Source of the DNA: Candidatus Sungbacteria bacterium RIFCSPLOWO2_01_FULL_47_32
Lineage (GTDB): Bacteria; Patescibacteriota; Minisyncoccia; Sungbacterales; GWA2-42-14
Assembly (NCBI GenBank): GCA_001820685.1
Contig: MHQP01000018.1
Location: forward strand, 13,881 to 77,880
Direction: 5' to 3'
DNA length: 64,000 bases
A program made the translations under genes and the position numbers. Below the pieces are notes generated by a model. It made no database searches and was not told where the DNA came from. It saw nothing but the letters and a program-made list of their open reading frames with translations. Every line of letters starts with the position of its first letter. Positions within the stretch are counted from its first letter, which is position 1. Positions 8,081 through 19,328 of the stretch are shown here, in pieces.

Positions 8081-9041
8081 ATTATTGAAGAAATCCACCG
8101 CGGCCATTTATGAGAAGCAGTCTGATTTGGACGACCTGCGCCTTAAAAATATTGTTGCGAATTGGGATGGGAGAACAAAAATTGATATCGGAATAATCGG
8201 AATACCTTTTGATTATGGTGTGCAACTTTCAGGAGGACGGCCGGGGGCCGCACGAGCGCCTGACACCATCCGCAGCCAGCTTAAGCGATACGGGACGGCA
8301 TGCAATAGTGAAAAGAAGGCGGACCTGTCTAAATTAAAAATTGCCGACCTCGGAAATATGAAAGTTTTTTTCCGGGACAGTTTGCGGACCTATGCGGCTG
8401 TTATCGGCGTAATGGCAAAAGCTTATGATGGATTGGTTGACACGATTATCGCGCTTGGAGGAGGAAACGATATTACATATGCAACGGTTTCGGCACTCCA
8501 AAGGAGCAGAAAGCAAACTCTCGGAGGAATGAGTATTGATGCGCATTTTGACGTACGAAGTACGCGGGGCGGAAAGATCACAAGCGGAACCCCCTATCGC
8601 CGGCTGATTGAGGATAAGATTCTACCCGGAAATAATTTTTGGGAAGCAGGAATTCAGGGACAGGTCAATTCAGTTATTCATGAGCGCTGGCTTAAAAAGC
8701 AGGGTGCGAAAATAGTTTCTCTCTCCGAGATAAGAGAAAAAGGGGTTATTGCCGAATTTAAAAGCTTTGAAAAGGCAACTCGGCGCTGTAAGATGATTTT
8801 CGTCAGCATCGATATTGATTCTGTCGCTCAAGCATTCGCCCCGGGCTCAAGCGCCCCCAGCCCCGACGGCCTTTTTCCGGAAGACATTCTGCAGTTCGCG
8901 TATTTAGCCGGACTTAATCAAAAAGTAAAACTTTTTGAAGTTGTTGAAGTTAATCCGCGTTATGATGTTGATAATAGAACGAGCAGGCTGGCTACAAATA
9001 TTGTTATCCAATTTTTAACAGGCCGCTCACTAATAAAATAA
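8073..9041 (+). CDS. hutG: Formimidoylglutamase (arginase family)
   Basis: GRPGA, GGGND, DAHFD, SGTPY, SIDID, APGSSAP. Lies within the hut operon. Confidence 0.92.
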   Translation: MTKLLKKSTAAIYEKQSDLDDLRLKNIVANWDGRTKIDIGIIGIPFDYGVQLSGGRPGAARAPDTIRSQLKRYGTACNSEKKADLSKLKIADLGNMKVFFRDSLRTYAAVIGVMAKAYDGLVDTIIALGGGNDITYATVSALQRSRKQTLGGMSIDAHFDVRSTRGGKITSGTPYRRLIEDKILPGNNFWEAGIQGQVNSVIHERWLKKQGAKIVSLSEIREKGVIAEFKSFEKATRRCKMIFVSIDIDSVAQAFAPGSSAPSPDGLFPEDILQFAYLAGLNQKVKLFEVVEVNPRYDVDNRTSRLATNIVIQFLTGRSLIK

Positions 9042-9043
9042 CT

Positions 9044-10780
9044 ATGAATTCTTGTTCATGTGATATTAAAGAGGAATTGGAAAAATACGGGCGGCCGATG
9101 CACATGGCTGAACGACCCGCCTTTCCCATCAAAGCTAGCACGGGGCCCGAAAAAGAATGCAAAACCTGGGACACAGAGGCGGCACTGCGAATGCTCTATA
9201 ATAATCTCGACCCGGATGTGGCGCTGAAACCGGAAGAGCTTATTGTTTACGGAGGTGCCGGGCGCGCGGCGCGTAACTGGCATGAATTCAATAAGATAGT
9301 TTCAGCGCTCAAAGACCTTCGCGAAGACGAAACTCTATGCATTCAATCCGGAAAACCGGTTTATGTCGCTCCGACCCATAAAGACGCTCCGCGGGTAATT
9401 CTTGCTAATTCCAATATTGTGCCAAGGTGGGGTACACAGGAAATTTTCAATGAATACGACCGCTTGGGCCTTATGATGTACGGGCAGATGACCGCCGGTT
9501 CCTGGATTTACATCGGGACACAGGGAATTTTGCAGGGGACATACGAAACCTTTAGGGCGTGCGCTAAAACCAACTTTGGCCAGGATTCGCTGGCGGGAAA
9601 ATTTGTTTTGTCCGCCGGCATGGGATCAATGTCCGGAGCGCAGCCTTTGGCGGTAACCATGAATGAGGGGGTTTTACTTGATGTGGAAGTAAGAAAGGAG
9701 CAGATTGAAAAAAAAGTGCGCGAAGGATACTGCGATATGTTGTCGGAAAATTTGGACGAAGCGCTGCGGCTTGTAAAGGAAGCGGTTGATATGCGTATTC
9801 CTCGTTCCATCGGGCTTGTCGGGAACGCGGCGGAAGTTCATACGGAATTGTTACAGCGGGGGATAATTCCGGATATTGTAACCGACCAAACGCCTGCGCA
9901 TGACATTTTAAGCTATGTTCCGACCGGAGACCTTAACGAGCTTGACCTGTTACGAGTAAAGAACCCGAAGGAATATGAGCGAAGAGCCCGCGAATCAGTC
10001 GTTATGCATGTTTCGGCAATGCTTGAGATGCAAAAGCGGGGAGCGATTGTTTTTGATTACGGAAATAATCTTAGAATTCAGGCGGAGGAAGGGGGGCTTG
10101 TCGTAAAAAACGAACAAGGAGAATTTTTGTATCCCGGTTTTGTACCTGCCTATATCCGGCCTCTTTTTTGCGAAGGAAAAGGTCCGTTTCGCTGGGCATT
10201 TTTGTCCGGCAAGACGGAGGACCAGCGCCTTGTTGATGATCTGCTTTTAAAGACGTTCCCGGAAAACATCGGGCTGAAGAGGTGGGTCGAGAAAGTTCAG
10301 AAAAAAGTTCCGGTTATCGGATTGCCAACGCGAATTTGCTGGCTTGGATACGGAGAACGGGCAAAGTTCGGTTTAGCGTTAAACGACCTTATCAGCTCGG
10401 GCAGGGTTTCGGCTCCGGTTGTTATCGGACGCGACCACCTTGATTCCGGGTCGGTGGCTAGTCCGTATCGCGAAACCGAGGGAATGAAGGACGGGTCTGA
10501 CGCGATTGCTGACTGGCCCCTGCTTAATTTTGCGCTTAACACCGCCAACGGCGCTTCTTGGGTCTCTTTTCATCACGGCGGAGGCGTTGGGATAGGAAAT
10601 GCATTGCATGCAGGTATGGTGATTGTGGCGGACGGAACCAAAGAAAAAACTAAGCGTCTTGAGCGGGTTTTGACGGTTGACCCGGGAATAGGAGTTGCGC
10701 GCCACGCGGACAGCGGTGAAGAAAGAGCTATTGAAACCGCAAAAGAAAAAAATATTAAAATACCAGGCCTGACATGCTGA
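9044..10780 (+). CDS. hutU: Urocanate hydratase
   Basis: [46 protein letters not shown]. Confidence 0.97.
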   Translation: MNSCSCDIKEELEKYGRPMHMAERPAFPIKASTGPEKECKTWDTEAALRMLYNNLDPDVALKPEELIVYGGAGRAARNWHEFNKIVSALKDLREDETLCIQSGKPVYVAPTHKDAPRVILANSNIVPRWGTQEIFNEYDRLGLMMYGQMTAGSWIYIGTQGILQGTYETFRACAKTNFGQDSLAGKFVLSAGMGSMSGAQPLAVTMNEGVLLDVEVRKEQIEKKVREGYCDMLSENLDEALRLVKEAVDMRIPRSIGLVGNAAEVHTELLQRGIIPDIVTDQTPAHDILSYVPTGDLNELDLLRVKNPKEYERRARESVVMHVSAMLEMQKRGAIVFDYGNNLRIQAEEGGLVVKNEQGEFLYPGFVPAYIRPLFCEGKGPFRWAFLSGKTEDQRLVDDLLLKTFPENIGLKRWVEKVQKKVPVIGLPTRICWLGYGERAKFGLALNDLISSGRVSAPVVIGRDHLDSGSVASPYRETEGMKDGSDAIADWPLLNFALNTANGASWVSFHHGGGVGIGNALHAGMVIVADGTKEKTKRLERVLTVDPGIGVARHADSGEERAIETAKEKNIKIPGLTC

Positions 10781-12039
10781 TCATCAAAAACGCACATGAG
10801 CTTGTAACATGCCGCTCATTAGAAAGCGGTCCGAACGCCGGCAAAAATTTCAGCACCTGTTCCGTTATTAAAAATGGGGCTCTTGTTGTTGACGGAGAAA
10901 AAATTGTTGCCGTCGGAAAAACAGAAAATATTCTGGCACGGTTTAAGAAAAAATGGGCTAGCCGTATTTTTGACGCTTCTGGAAAAATTATTCTGCCGGG
11001 CTTTATTGACAGCCATACCCATTTGGTTTTTGCCGGCTCCAGAGCCGAGGAATATCGATTGAAGCTTAAAGGACAAAGCTACAAATCACTTCATAAAAAA
11101 AAAGGCGGAATTCATTTTACGGTGGGAGAAACCAGGAGGGCGAGCGAAGATGAACTTTTTTTTCAGGCGAAGGATACTCTTGAGCGAATGTTCCGTTTGG
11201 GAACGACTACTGTTGAGATAAAAAGCGGCTATGGCCTGACGCCGGAGGACGAGCTTAAAATTTTGCGGGTTATTAAGCGGTTGAAAAAGACGGCCAAACA
11301 AGATATTGTTGCCACATTTTTAGGAGCGCATACAGTGCCGTTAGAATATCAAAATAATCGTTCTGCCTATCTGAAATTAATTATTGAAAAAATGCTTCCG
11401 GTGGTGTGGGCGAAGGACCTGGCTGAATACTGCGATGTTTTTTGCGACCCGCTCGGTTTTACCGCCGGAGAGACAACGGCAATTTTTTCTGAAGCAAGAA
11501 GATTGGGATTTAAGTTGCGCATTCATGCCGAACAAACCGCTCATTTCGGCGGTGCTGCCGTAGCGGCGCGATATAAGGCGGCAAGTGCTGACCACTGCGA
11601 TTTTTTGAACGATTCCGATATCGGATACTTAAAAAAGAGCCGAATACCAGTCGTCCTTCTTCCCGGGGTGCTTTTGCATCTTATGGAGTGGAAAAAAATT
11701 CCGTATTTTCAGGAAACAGTAAAAAAAATAAAAAAAGCCGATGTGGCTTTAGCTTTGGCCACCGATTATAATCCTGGTAGTTCTCCTGTTATATCCATGA
11801 AGCTTGTCGCGGATCTTGCCTTGCGTTTTTTCCGCATGGATTATCAGGAATGCTTGAATGCGGTAACTATTAACGCCGCGTATGCCTTAAACCGCGCGTC
11901 AGAAGTGGGGAGCATTGAACCCGGCAAGCAGGCCGATATTCTTATAGTTGACGCTTTGAGCATGAAGGACTATTTTCACGGGCCCGGTGACGGCAAGATT
12001 GATTATGTAATAAAAAAGGGTTTGATGAATAAAATATAG
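10774..12039 (+). CDS. hutI: Imidazolonepropionase
   Basis: [43 protein letters not shown]. Confidence 0.96.
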   Translation: MLIIKNAHELVTCRSLESGPNAGKNFSTCSVIKNGALVVDGEKIVAVGKTENILARFKKKWASRIFDASGKIILPGFIDSHTHLVFAGSRAEEYRLKLKGQSYKSLHKKKGGIHFTVGETRRASEDELFFQAKDTLERMFRLGTTTVEIKSGYGLTPEDELKILRVIKRLKKTAKQDIVATFLGAHTVPLEYQNNRSAYLKLIIEKMLPVVWAKDLAEYCDVFCDPLGFTAGETTAIFSEARRLGFKLRIHAEQTAHFGGAAVAARYKAASADHCDFLNDSDIGYLKKSRIPVVLLPGVLLHLMEWKKIPYFQETVKKIKKADVALALATDYNPGSSPVISMKLVADLALRFFRMDYQECLNAVTINAAYALNRASEVGSIEPGKQADILIVDALSMKDYFHGPGDGKIDYVIKKGLMNKI

Positions 12040-12167
12040 AAGCCGCAAATTGCTTTCTTGGGCGGCACCAGTTAAGGACCAGATTTATTGGGAATTAGGC
12101 TAAAAATAACGAGAAATACTGTAGAAGGCGGGAACTCTCCAAGCCCTCCAGCAAGATTTTTTTGCTA

Positions 12168-12196
12168 TTGATTTTTAGGTTGGTTTATTGTATGAT
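12168..12196 (+). promoter_or_regulatory. Sigma70-like promoter
   Basis: TTGATT-17 nt-TATGAT, ending 8 nt before ATG 12205. Confidence 0.5.
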
Positions 12197-12204
12197 AGCA
12201 AGGC

Positions 12205-12438
12205 ATGAAAAAGAAAAACGAAGCATATGAACTGACCCTGATACGAACACCGCTTGCGGTATTTTTAGCGTCATATAATCAAACCATACCTTCGGGCTTT
12301 CCGCGCGCTTCTACCGCAATGTTGAGAAAATTTCAGGGCACGCATCCGACGCTTTTTAAGCACGGCGATGAGTGGTCTGTTGCCCAGCACCGGAAAAAGC
12401 TCATGGATTGGCTTTCAGGAGGAGGAAATGCCGTATAA
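12205..12438 (+). CDS. Hypothetical protein (77 aa)
   Basis: ORF with an upstream promoter-like site and protein-like composition. No recognised family. Confidence 0.65.
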   Translation: MKKKNEAYELTLIRTPLAVFLASYNQTIPSGFPRASTAMLRKFQGTHPTLFKHGDEWSVAQHRKKLMDWLSGGGNAV

Positions 12439-12528
12439 CCTTTCATAGCAGAGACACGGCGTTCTATACGTTAGAGTATGTAGGCGTAGGCTTGGCCTAA
12501 GCCGTTTTTTATCTAAAGCAAATTTCAC

Positions 12529-13506
12529 ATGTTCATAGACGACATCACAATTAAAGTTCGGGCTGGAAGTGGCGGAAGAGGCGCTGTTGCGTTCAACAAA
12601 AACCTTCATCAATACGGCCCGGCAGGCGGATCAGGCGGTGAGGGCGGCGATGTTTATGTTGAAGGGGTATCAAACCTCGGTATTTTGAGTAAGTACCGTT
12701 TTAGCAAAGAATTTTATTCTGAAAACGGCCAGGACGGCAGAGGCCAGTTTTGCGATGGAATCAATGCGGAAGACTTAACGCTTTATGTCCCGGTAGGAAC
12801 GGTCATCCATAACCTTACAACGGGGAGCAGTTTTGACATCACATCGATCGGCGAGCGCGTGTTGCTCGCGCGCGGCGGAAGAGGAGGCAAGGGGAACTTC
12901 CTTTTTCGCTCCTCCACAAATACAGCGCCCCGGCAATTCAAGTTCGGAACAGAAGGCGAGGCGTATATATTCCGGTTTGAGTTGAAGCTTATTGCCGATG
13001 TCGGGTTTATAGGACTCCCGAACGTCGGTAAATCAAGCCTGCTGAATGAGCTGACGGCGGCTAAAAGCAAGGTCGCGAATTATTCCTTTACTACTCTTGA
13101 GCCAAATCTTGGAGTGTATTTTGAACTGATACTTGCCGATATCCCCGGTCTGATAGAGGGGGCTTCCGGCGGAAAAGGACTCGGTATCAAATTCTTGCGC
13201 CATATTGAACGCACCAACATTCTTTTTCACATTATTTCGGCGGAGTCCGTGGACCCATACGCGGATTACAGGGTCATCCGAAAAGAGCTTGGGGCATACA
13301 ACAAGACCCTGCTCAAGAAAAAAGAATACGTATTTTTTAGCAAGAGCGACATGATTGTGCCCGCTGAACTGAAAAAGAAAATTTCTTTACTGAAGAAGCG
13401 GAAGCTAACTGCCCGGGTCTTTTCCATTCACGATTTTGAAAGTATTGAGAAAGTTAAGAAAATTTTAAGAGCGCTGATAAAAAAGAAGTATAAAAAACTA
13501 AAATAG
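12529..13506 (+). CDS. obgE: GTPase ObgE (no C-terminal extension domain)
   Basis: Gly-rich Obg fold, GLPNVGKSS, YSFTTLEPNLG, DIPGLIEGA, FLRHIER. Confidence 0.96.
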   Translation: MFIDDITIKVRAGSGGRGAVAFNKNLHQYGPAGGSGGEGGDVYVEGVSNLGILSKYRFSKEFYSENGQDGRGQFCDGINAEDLTLYVPVGTVIHNLTTGSSFDITSIGERVLLARGGRGGKGNFLFRSSTNTAPRQFKFGTEGEAYIFRFELKLIADVGFIGLPNVGKSSLLNELTAAKSKVANYSFTTLEPNLGVYFELILADIPGLIEGASGGKGLGIKFLRHIERTNILFHIISAESVDPYADYRVIRKELGAYNKTLLKKKEYVFFSKSDMIVPAELKKKISLLKKRKLTARVFSIHDFESIEKVKKILRALIKKKYKKLK

Positions 13507-13510
13507 GTTT

Positions 13511-13999
13511 ATGAAATGCAACACACTCTTTGCGCAATTTATTTTAGGCTTTTTAACGCTCGCCTTTGTCGCAACTCCGGTTTTTACTCTTCTTGCTCAA
13601 TCAGCGCCGTCCGATGGAACAGGTTCTTTGGGTACATCTGATTCCGCCACCACTGGTTTATCGTCTCCGGCGCACGTTGCCACCTCATCTGCCTCCACGC
13701 GAGCAGAGATGATTCAGACCCAACCTATGACCCTTTCACCTGAAGCACCCACATCAGAAGACGTAGTAAGACCACAACCTGTTTCACAAAAACCGGCAAC
13801 TCTAGCGTCGTCTTCAGCAGTCTCGGCCCCGGTTTTGACTCAAACCACACCCCCGAAGCCTCAAAATGCTCCGCCAGCAAGCCCAGAAACACCTGGAACG
13901 CCCGGCATGAGTGTTTGGACGCTGATAATGATCGGCTCGGCCGCGATTGCCGCTGGAACATATGCCGCACGGCGTATGCGTTCAGGCAAGAGATCTTAA
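13511..13999 (+). CDS. Ser/Thr/Pro-rich surface protein with signal peptide and C-terminal membrane anchor
   Basis: N-terminal hydrophobic segment, low-complexity body, then PETPGTPG + TM helix + RRMRSGKRS. Confidence 0.7.
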   Translation: MKCNTLFAQFILGFLTLAFVATPVFTLLAQSAPSDGTGSLGTSDSATTGLSSPAHVATSSASTRAEMIQTQPMTLSPEAPTSEDVVRPQPVSQKPATLASSSAVSAPVLTQTTPPKPQNAPPASPETPGTPGMSVWTLIMIGSAAIAAGTYAARRMRSGKRS

Positions 14000-14248
14000 A
14001 GTAACAACGACAGCAAACACGATGACAGCCAAAACTGCAAAAATATAAAGTCACTGATCGAGCAAAAGAAGCAGGATCTAGAGGACATGGTTCGCGGCTG
14101 GCCGAGGGAGAAATTAAAGGAAATAGCAAAGGATAAGATTTTAGGAGAGCATGAGCGAGCACGAGTGGAAAAATGGGAAGATACTAGAGAAAAATATAAC
14201 GCTCTTAAAAATACAATTGAACGCCTCCAGAAAGGTTTCAACCTTTGC

Positions 14249-14504
14249 ATGCAGAATTTTGATTTACCCGGCAGGAAAACTATTTATATCATCCACGGGT
14301 GTCCGTCGAAGGCGGAAGAATCAATGAGGCCGGAAACGCGGACATGCGACAAACACTGGATGCTGTGGATCAAAGGAAAGCTTGAAAATATTCCATAAAG
14401 CTTTGGGGGGCGAAGTTATTGAATTGAACGGCAGTGGACACTATACGTTAGGCGATATGAAGACAGAAGAGTTCCCTGAACTACTTGATGCAATTAATTC
14501 ATAG
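14249..14504 (+). pseudogene. RBBP9/YdeN alpha/beta hydrolase remnant with internal deletion
   Basis: The N-terminal part (IYIIHGCPS...KHWMLWIKGKLE) is joined out of frame to the C-terminal part (KIFHKALGGEVIELNGSGHYTLGDMKTEEFPELL). The central GHSxG region is absent. Confidence 0.7.
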
Positions 14505-14527
14505 TTTTTATTTTTAATGCGACATAT

Positions 14528-15979
14528 ATGTCTCGCGGAGAACTTATAGTCAGGTTCGAAAAGGTATCATTCGGATACCGCCATACAAACCCGCTTTTAA
14601 CAGAGGTTGATTTCACAATTCGCCGCGGAGCAAAACTTACGCTTATGGGGCAAAATGGTGCCGGAAAAAGCACTATTTTTCAGCTGGTCACGGGCGCTAT
14701 AAAACCGGATTCAGGGCTCATTCATATAGCGCCGGATCTTACAACTGCCGTTAGCAGGCAAGTTGTTTCGCGAGACCAGCGCGAATTCACGGTTCGTGAG
14801 TTTTTTGAAAAATGTTTCGAAAATAAAGTGTATGATATCGATCCTAAGATTAATGCCGTGCTGAAAGTTGTAAACCTTAAGGCGGAGCATGAAAGGAAGA
14901 TAAAATCTTTTTCCGGGGGACAGCAGGCGCGCCTTCTTCTGGCCTCCGCTCTTATCCAGGATCCGGACCTCCTGCTGCTTGACGAGCCGACAAACAATCT
15001 TGATAAGGCAGGTATCGCCCACCTTACCGACTTTCTTATTAACTATAAAAAATCATGCATTGTCATTTCGCATGACGCGGATTTTCTTAACGCGTTCACG
15101 GAAGGCGTTCTCTATTTGAGCGTTTATACGAAAAAAATAGAGCAGTATGCCGGCAACTACTTTAATGTCGTCGCCGATATTTCCGCCCGCATTGAAAAAG
15201 AGAACAGAAAAAATGCCATGCTTGCGAAAGAGATCCAGCAGAAAAAAGAACAGGCTAACAAGTTCGCCTTTAAGGGAGGGCAGATGCGGCTTGTGGCAAA
15301 ACGCATGCGGGATCTTGCGGCCGAACTTGAAGAAGAAAAAGTTGATATCAGAAAAGAGGACAAAACGATCAGACACTTTACTATTCCGTTTCAAGCGGAT
15401 CTCGTCGGGGTGATTTTGCGGATTACATCATATACGGCGGTCAGAAATCATAAAACAGTAACCAGAGAGGCCGATATTTCTTTGCACAAAAACAACCGAC
15501 TGCTTCTGATGGGGCCAAACGGTACTGGCAAGACAACGCTCCTTGAGTCAATCGCTCTTGGAACCTCAAAAGGCGCTGTCGTCACATCCGGAGTTCGCAT
15601 CGGCTACTATCGGCAGGACTTTTCAATGCTTAATTTTGAGGATACGGTGTATGACTCGCTTTCTTGCGTGATGGAAAAGCTTATCGAAGAAGACCTTCGC
15701 GCCGCAGCCGCAAATTTTTTGATAACAGGAGACCTTATCCGCACAAAGATAGGCAATCTTTCCGAGGGGCAAAAAGGTCTTGTCGCATTGGCGCGCCTTG
15801 TATTGCAAAAGCCGGGACTGCTTGTTTTGGATGAGCCGACCAATCACATGAATTTTCGCCATATTCCGGTCATCGCCGAGGCGCTTAATAAATATCAGGG
15901 CGCCCTGGTGCTCGTAAGCCACGTTCCGGAGTTTGTACAAAAGATACGGATTGACGAGGTTCTTGACTTAGAAAAATAA
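14528..15979 (+). CDS. ABC-F family ATPase
   Basis: Two ABC domains (GQNGAGKS/FSGGQ/LDEPTN and GPNGTGKT/LSEGQ/LDEPTNH), helical linker, no TM segments. Confidence 0.93.
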   Translation: MSRGELIVRFEKVSFGYRHTNPLLTEVDFTIRRGAKLTLMGQNGAGKSTIFQLVTGAIKPDSGLIHIAPDLTTAVSRQVVSRDQREFTVREFFEKCFENKVYDIDPKINAVLKVVNLKAEHERKIKSFSGGQQARLLLASALIQDPDLLLLDEPTNNLDKAGIAHLTDFLINYKKSCIVISHDADFLNAFTEGVLYLSVYTKKIEQYAGNYFNVVADISARIEKENRKNAMLAKEIQQKKEQANKFAFKGGQMRLVAKRMRDLAAELEEEKVDIRKEDKTIRHFTIPFQADLVGVILRITSYTAVRNHKTVTREADISLHKNNRLLLMGPNGTGKTTLLESIALGTSKGAVVTSGVRIGYYRQDFSMLNFEDTVYDSLSCVMEKLIEEDLRAAAANFLITGDLIRTKIGNLSEGQKGLVALARLVLQKPGLLVLDEPTNHMNFRHIPVIAEALNKYQGALVLVSHVPEFVQKIRIDEVLDLEK

Positions 15980-16122
15980 ACTGGTTTAATGTATTACAAT
16001 TTAAAACTCGTTTTACCAATAGGTCGAACAAATTTTCCTGTAATTAGCATTTTGGGGGCGATTGTGCTATGCTGGAAAACGGTCTATCGTTTCAGTTGTT
16101 AATTGTTAAATAAAATTTAACC

Positions 16123-16776
16123 ATGAATAATGAACAAGCACCGGCGAGTTCTGCCTCAGCACCTGAACCTCGCTCACGCATCACTACAATGCTGAAGAAA
16201 TTCAATAAAAAAGTCGCCATTTTCGTTACGGTTGTCGTTGTAATCGGCGCATTCGCATATATGTATAAAGGATATTTTGTTGCGGCAATGGTCAATGGCC
16301 AGCCCATAAGCCGGTTCGCCGTGATTCAGGAGCTTGAAAAGGAATCCGGCAAAAAAGTTCTTGATGCCATGATAACCCAAAAGCTCATTAACGGCGCTGC
16401 TCAAAAAAGTGGTGTGTCAGTAACACCCGACGAGGTTGACGCTCAGATAAAAACTATCGAGTCCAGTCTTCAGGCGCAAGGAGGAACGCTTGATGCGGCT
16501 CTGCAGGGCCAAGGCATGACGCGCGAAGACCTTACAAAGCAACTCACATTAAAACTCACGGTAGAAAAAGTTCTTGCGGACAAAATTCAGGTTTCTGACG
16601 ACGAAGTGGCAAAATATATTCTCGATAATAAGATTGAGGTTCCGAAAGGACAGGAGGCTATGGCACAAACCCAGCTTAAGGACCAGCTGAAAAACCAGAA
16701 ATTCAACCAGGCTGCGGGCGAATGGGTTGCTTCCTTAAAAACTCAGGCAAAAATTAGCAACTTTGTGAATTATTAA
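16123..16776 (+). CDS. SurA N-terminal/PrsA-like membrane-anchored chaperone
   Basis: TM anchor, AMVNGQPIS, LI..AAQKSGVSVTPDEVD, C-terminal W...LK..AKI. No parvulin domain. Confidence 0.8.
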   Translation: MNNEQAPASSASAPEPRSRITTMLKKFNKKVAIFVTVVVVIGAFAYMYKGYFVAAMVNGQPISRFAVIQELEKESGKKVLDAMITQKLINGAAQKSGVSVTPDEVDAQIKTIESSLQAQGGTLDAALQGQGMTREDLTKQLTLKLTVEKVLADKIQVSDDEVAKYILDNKIEVPKGQEAMAQTQLKDQLKNQKFNQAAGEWVASLKTQAKISNFVNY

Positions 16777-16789
16777 ATCTCACTATAAG

Positions 16790-16820
16790 AAAAATATCCC
16801 ACAACGGGGGATATTTTTTA
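16790..16820 (+). terminator. Intrinsic terminator
   Basis: AAAAATATCCC-acaacgg-GGGATATTTTT. Confidence 0.7.
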
Positions 16821-16869
16821 TATGGCAAATTTGTGGAATAAAAATAAGCGAAGCTGTATAATGGAGCAT

Positions 16870-17349
16870 ATGGAGAAACACACAAACGCATCGGAAAACG
16901 GGCCCGTTCCGCCGTTTTTACCGCCATATTTTTACGGCTTTATGCTTGTTTTAGGAATCGTTCTTGATTTTTTATTGCCATTCCCGATTTTTTCGGTGAG
17001 ATGGGCGGGAGCGGTCCTCGGCCTGGCATTAGTGCTTTCCGGCATATTTATTGTGCGCCTGGCCATCAAGGAGTTTGAGGCAAACAAGGTCAGTCACCGT
17101 TTTAAAGCGGTGGGAAAACTTTTGACCAAAGGGCCGTATGCATACAGCAGAAATCCGATGTACGTAAGCTATACTCTTATCTATAGCGGGGCAGCGTTCG
17201 CAATAAACAGCAACTGGCCGCTTATTTTACTCATTCTCGTTTTGCTTGTGATAGACCTCGGAATTGTCCGGGACGAAGAAGAGTATCTCGAAAAAAAATT
17301 CGGCGAGGAATACAGTTTTTATAAGAAAAAAGTCCGGCGTTGGATCTAA
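16870..17349 (+). CDS. Isoprenylcysteine carboxyl methyltransferase (ICMT/PEMT) family membrane protein
   Basis: LLTKGPYAYSRNPMY, EEEYLEKKFGEEYSFYKKKVRRWI. Start placed 7 nt after TATAAT (16857-16862). Confidence 0.88.
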   Translation: MEKHTNASENGPVPPFLPPYFYGFMLVLGIVLDFLLPFPIFSVRWAGAVLGLALVLSGIFIVRLAIKEFEANKVSHRFKAVGKLLTKGPYAYSRNPMYVSYTLIYSGAAFAINSNWPLILLILVLLVIDLGIVRDEEEYLEKKFGEEYSFYKKKVRRWI

Positions 17350-17447
17350 CTCGCCCAGAATCGGCTTATGTGGAATCTTTGTGAAAATTTCATGAAACGA
17401 ACGCACACAGCACTCGCATCTTCTTGTGGCGGCACGTTTTAACGGGT

Positions 17448-17907
17448 GTGAACTCTAAAAATACTATTATAATAGTCGGAATATCCGGAGTCTTTCTTGC
17501 GGGCGCTATTTTATTAGTTATTTTTTTCCCTCCACCGTCTAGCACGTAAAAAAATTTTGTCCCCGGACAATACCCGTAGTGTCTATTCAAATCCGATATA
17601 TGGACTTTCATTCCAGTATCCAAAAAAATATTTTCTTGAAGAAAAAGAGGTAGGTACTGCTATCCGAGCGTATCATGTTCTTACTCTGACGCTTGATAGC
17701 GTCGAAAATAAGCGGATACGAGAAGGGAAAATAGCGGGGTTCCTGCCTTTTTATACCATCGAGCCGGACTACGCCAGGCGGAAAGTATTGCGTTTAATAG
17801 CGGAGCATGGCTTTATTCGGTTGCAGTCGTTTATAACGACCCAAAAGATATCATTTTGACTGACTACTGGGACGTTATCGTCAAAACGCTATCACTTGAA
17901 AACTGAC
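17448..17907 (+). pseudogene. Degraded membrane-anchored PsbP-like domain protein
   Basis: TM segment (IIIVGISGVFLAGAILLVIFF) ends in a stop. YSNPIYGLSFQYP follows in another frame, with further frameshifts downstream. Confidence 0.5.
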
Positions 17908-18125
17908 GCTACTCGGAAAGCTCATCCTGGTAAAGAGCCGAAAAAATGAGTAATTGAGCTTTTTGACAGTCTATATTTCCTAACTTCATAAAAAATTGAA
18001 ATTTTGGCTCTTTTACTGGGTTTTTAGTATCGGTAAAGAGTGGATTACTCTGTTGAAGTGTTCTCATGTTAGGTTTATCATAAGGAGAGAAGCGGGGATT
18101 TAGCGCTTACAAGTTATAAACACAT

Positions 18126-19328
18126 ATGGCAAAAAGGAAACCTTTTTTGAAGAATAATTTTAAGAAACCAGTGAAAGTAAAGCCGAAAAGAATGCCAAAG
18201 GCTAGTGCGATACGAGCGCAAAGGAAAAAGATAAAACAAAAGAAAATTTTTCAAAAAAAAAGATTCGCTGGAGTAAGAACGCCCCGCGACGTTATACTTA
18301 TTAAAAAAGATCATGACGGACGTCTCGTAAAGCCGGGTGAAAACCCGATCCTTTCTCCCCGGCGCGAACACGATTGGGAAGCTTATCAGACATTCAACCC
18401 CGCCGCTATATTTGAGGGGGGAAAAGTGCAATTGCTCTATCGTGCGTTGGGAAGCGACGGAGTATCCCGCCTAGGACACGCCGAAAGCACGGATGGTATC
18501 ACTATTGACTTTCGTTCGGACAAACCGGTTTTTATTTGTGGACGACGCCCCGAAAAAGATAGCGCGGTTTCCTATGAGGCAATGCAGTATATTTCCGGGG
18601 GAGGATGCGGAGGATGCGAAGACCCGCGCCTTACTGTGATAGGCGATACGGTATATATGGTATATGTATCATTTGACGGATGGAGTCCGCCGCGGATCGC
18701 ACTTACTTCAATTAAGCTTGACGATTTTCTTGCTAAACGCTGGAAGTGGGCAGGTTCAAAAATAATCTCTCCTCCAGACGTTATCGACAAAAGCGGATGT
18801 TTGTTTCCCGAGATTATCCGGGGGAAGTATGTTATCTTGCACAGGATATTTCCCAATATTCTCCTTGACTATGTTGACGATCTTGAATTCAAGCACGGAA
18901 CTCATCTGAAAGGAGAATATACTATTCCTGTTCGTAAAAATAAATGGGACAGCCGAAAAATCGGCGCCGGAGCACCTCCTCTCAAGACAAAATACGGCTG
19001 GCTTCTTATTTATTATGCCGTGGATAATAAAGACGCCTCTCAATATAAAATAGGAGCGATGCTCCTTGACCTCACGCATCCGGAACGCGTCATTGCCCGC
19101 TCGGATGCTCCAATACTGGAACCGGCCGAATGGTATGAGAACGCCGGACATAAGGCCGGTGTTGCGTACCCATGCGGAGCAGTCGTGATGAACGGAACGC
19201 TTTTTGTGTACTATGGCGGAGCCGATACGGTTGTCTGCGTCGGAACGGTAAACCTCGATACGTTCATCGAGGCTCTTATGAAAAGCAAAACTCCAAAACT
19301 CAAAAAACACAAGTCAAAAATGAAATGA
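18126..19328 (+). CDS. GH130 family glycoside phosphorylase/hydrolase with Lys/Arg-rich termini
   Basis: NPILSP, TFNPAA, GCEDPR, WDSRKIGAG, YPCG, YYGGAD. Confidence 0.9.
   Translation: MAKRKPFLKNNFKKPVKVKPKRMPKASAIRAQRKKIKQKKIFQKKRFAGVRTPRDVILIKKDHDGRLVKPGENPILSPRREHDWEAYQTFNPAAIFEGGKVQLLYRALGSDGVSRLGHAESTDGITIDFRSDKPVFICGRRPEKDSAVSYEAMQYISGGGCGGCEDPRLTVIGDTVYMVYVSFDGWSPPRIALTSIKLDDFLAKRWKWAGSKIISPPDVIDKSGCLFPEIIRGKYVILHRIFPNILLDYVDDLEFKHGTHLKGEYTIPVRKNKWDSRKIGAGAPPLKTKYGWLLIYYAVDNKDASQYKIGAMLLDLTHPERVIARSDAPILEPAEWYENAGHKAGVAYPCGAVVMNGTLFVYYGGADTVVCVGTVNLDTFIEALMKSKTPKLKKHKSKMK

Noticed and set aside
12042-12070. GGGCGGCACCA after hutI as a tRNA 3'-end/att site
   Set aside because: The match is too short, no second copy was seen at the left end of the hut block, and there is no integrase.
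14087-14398. 103-aa ORF as an intact gene
   Set aside because: It appears to be an unrelated fragment running into the N-terminus of the deleted YdeN-like hydrolase.
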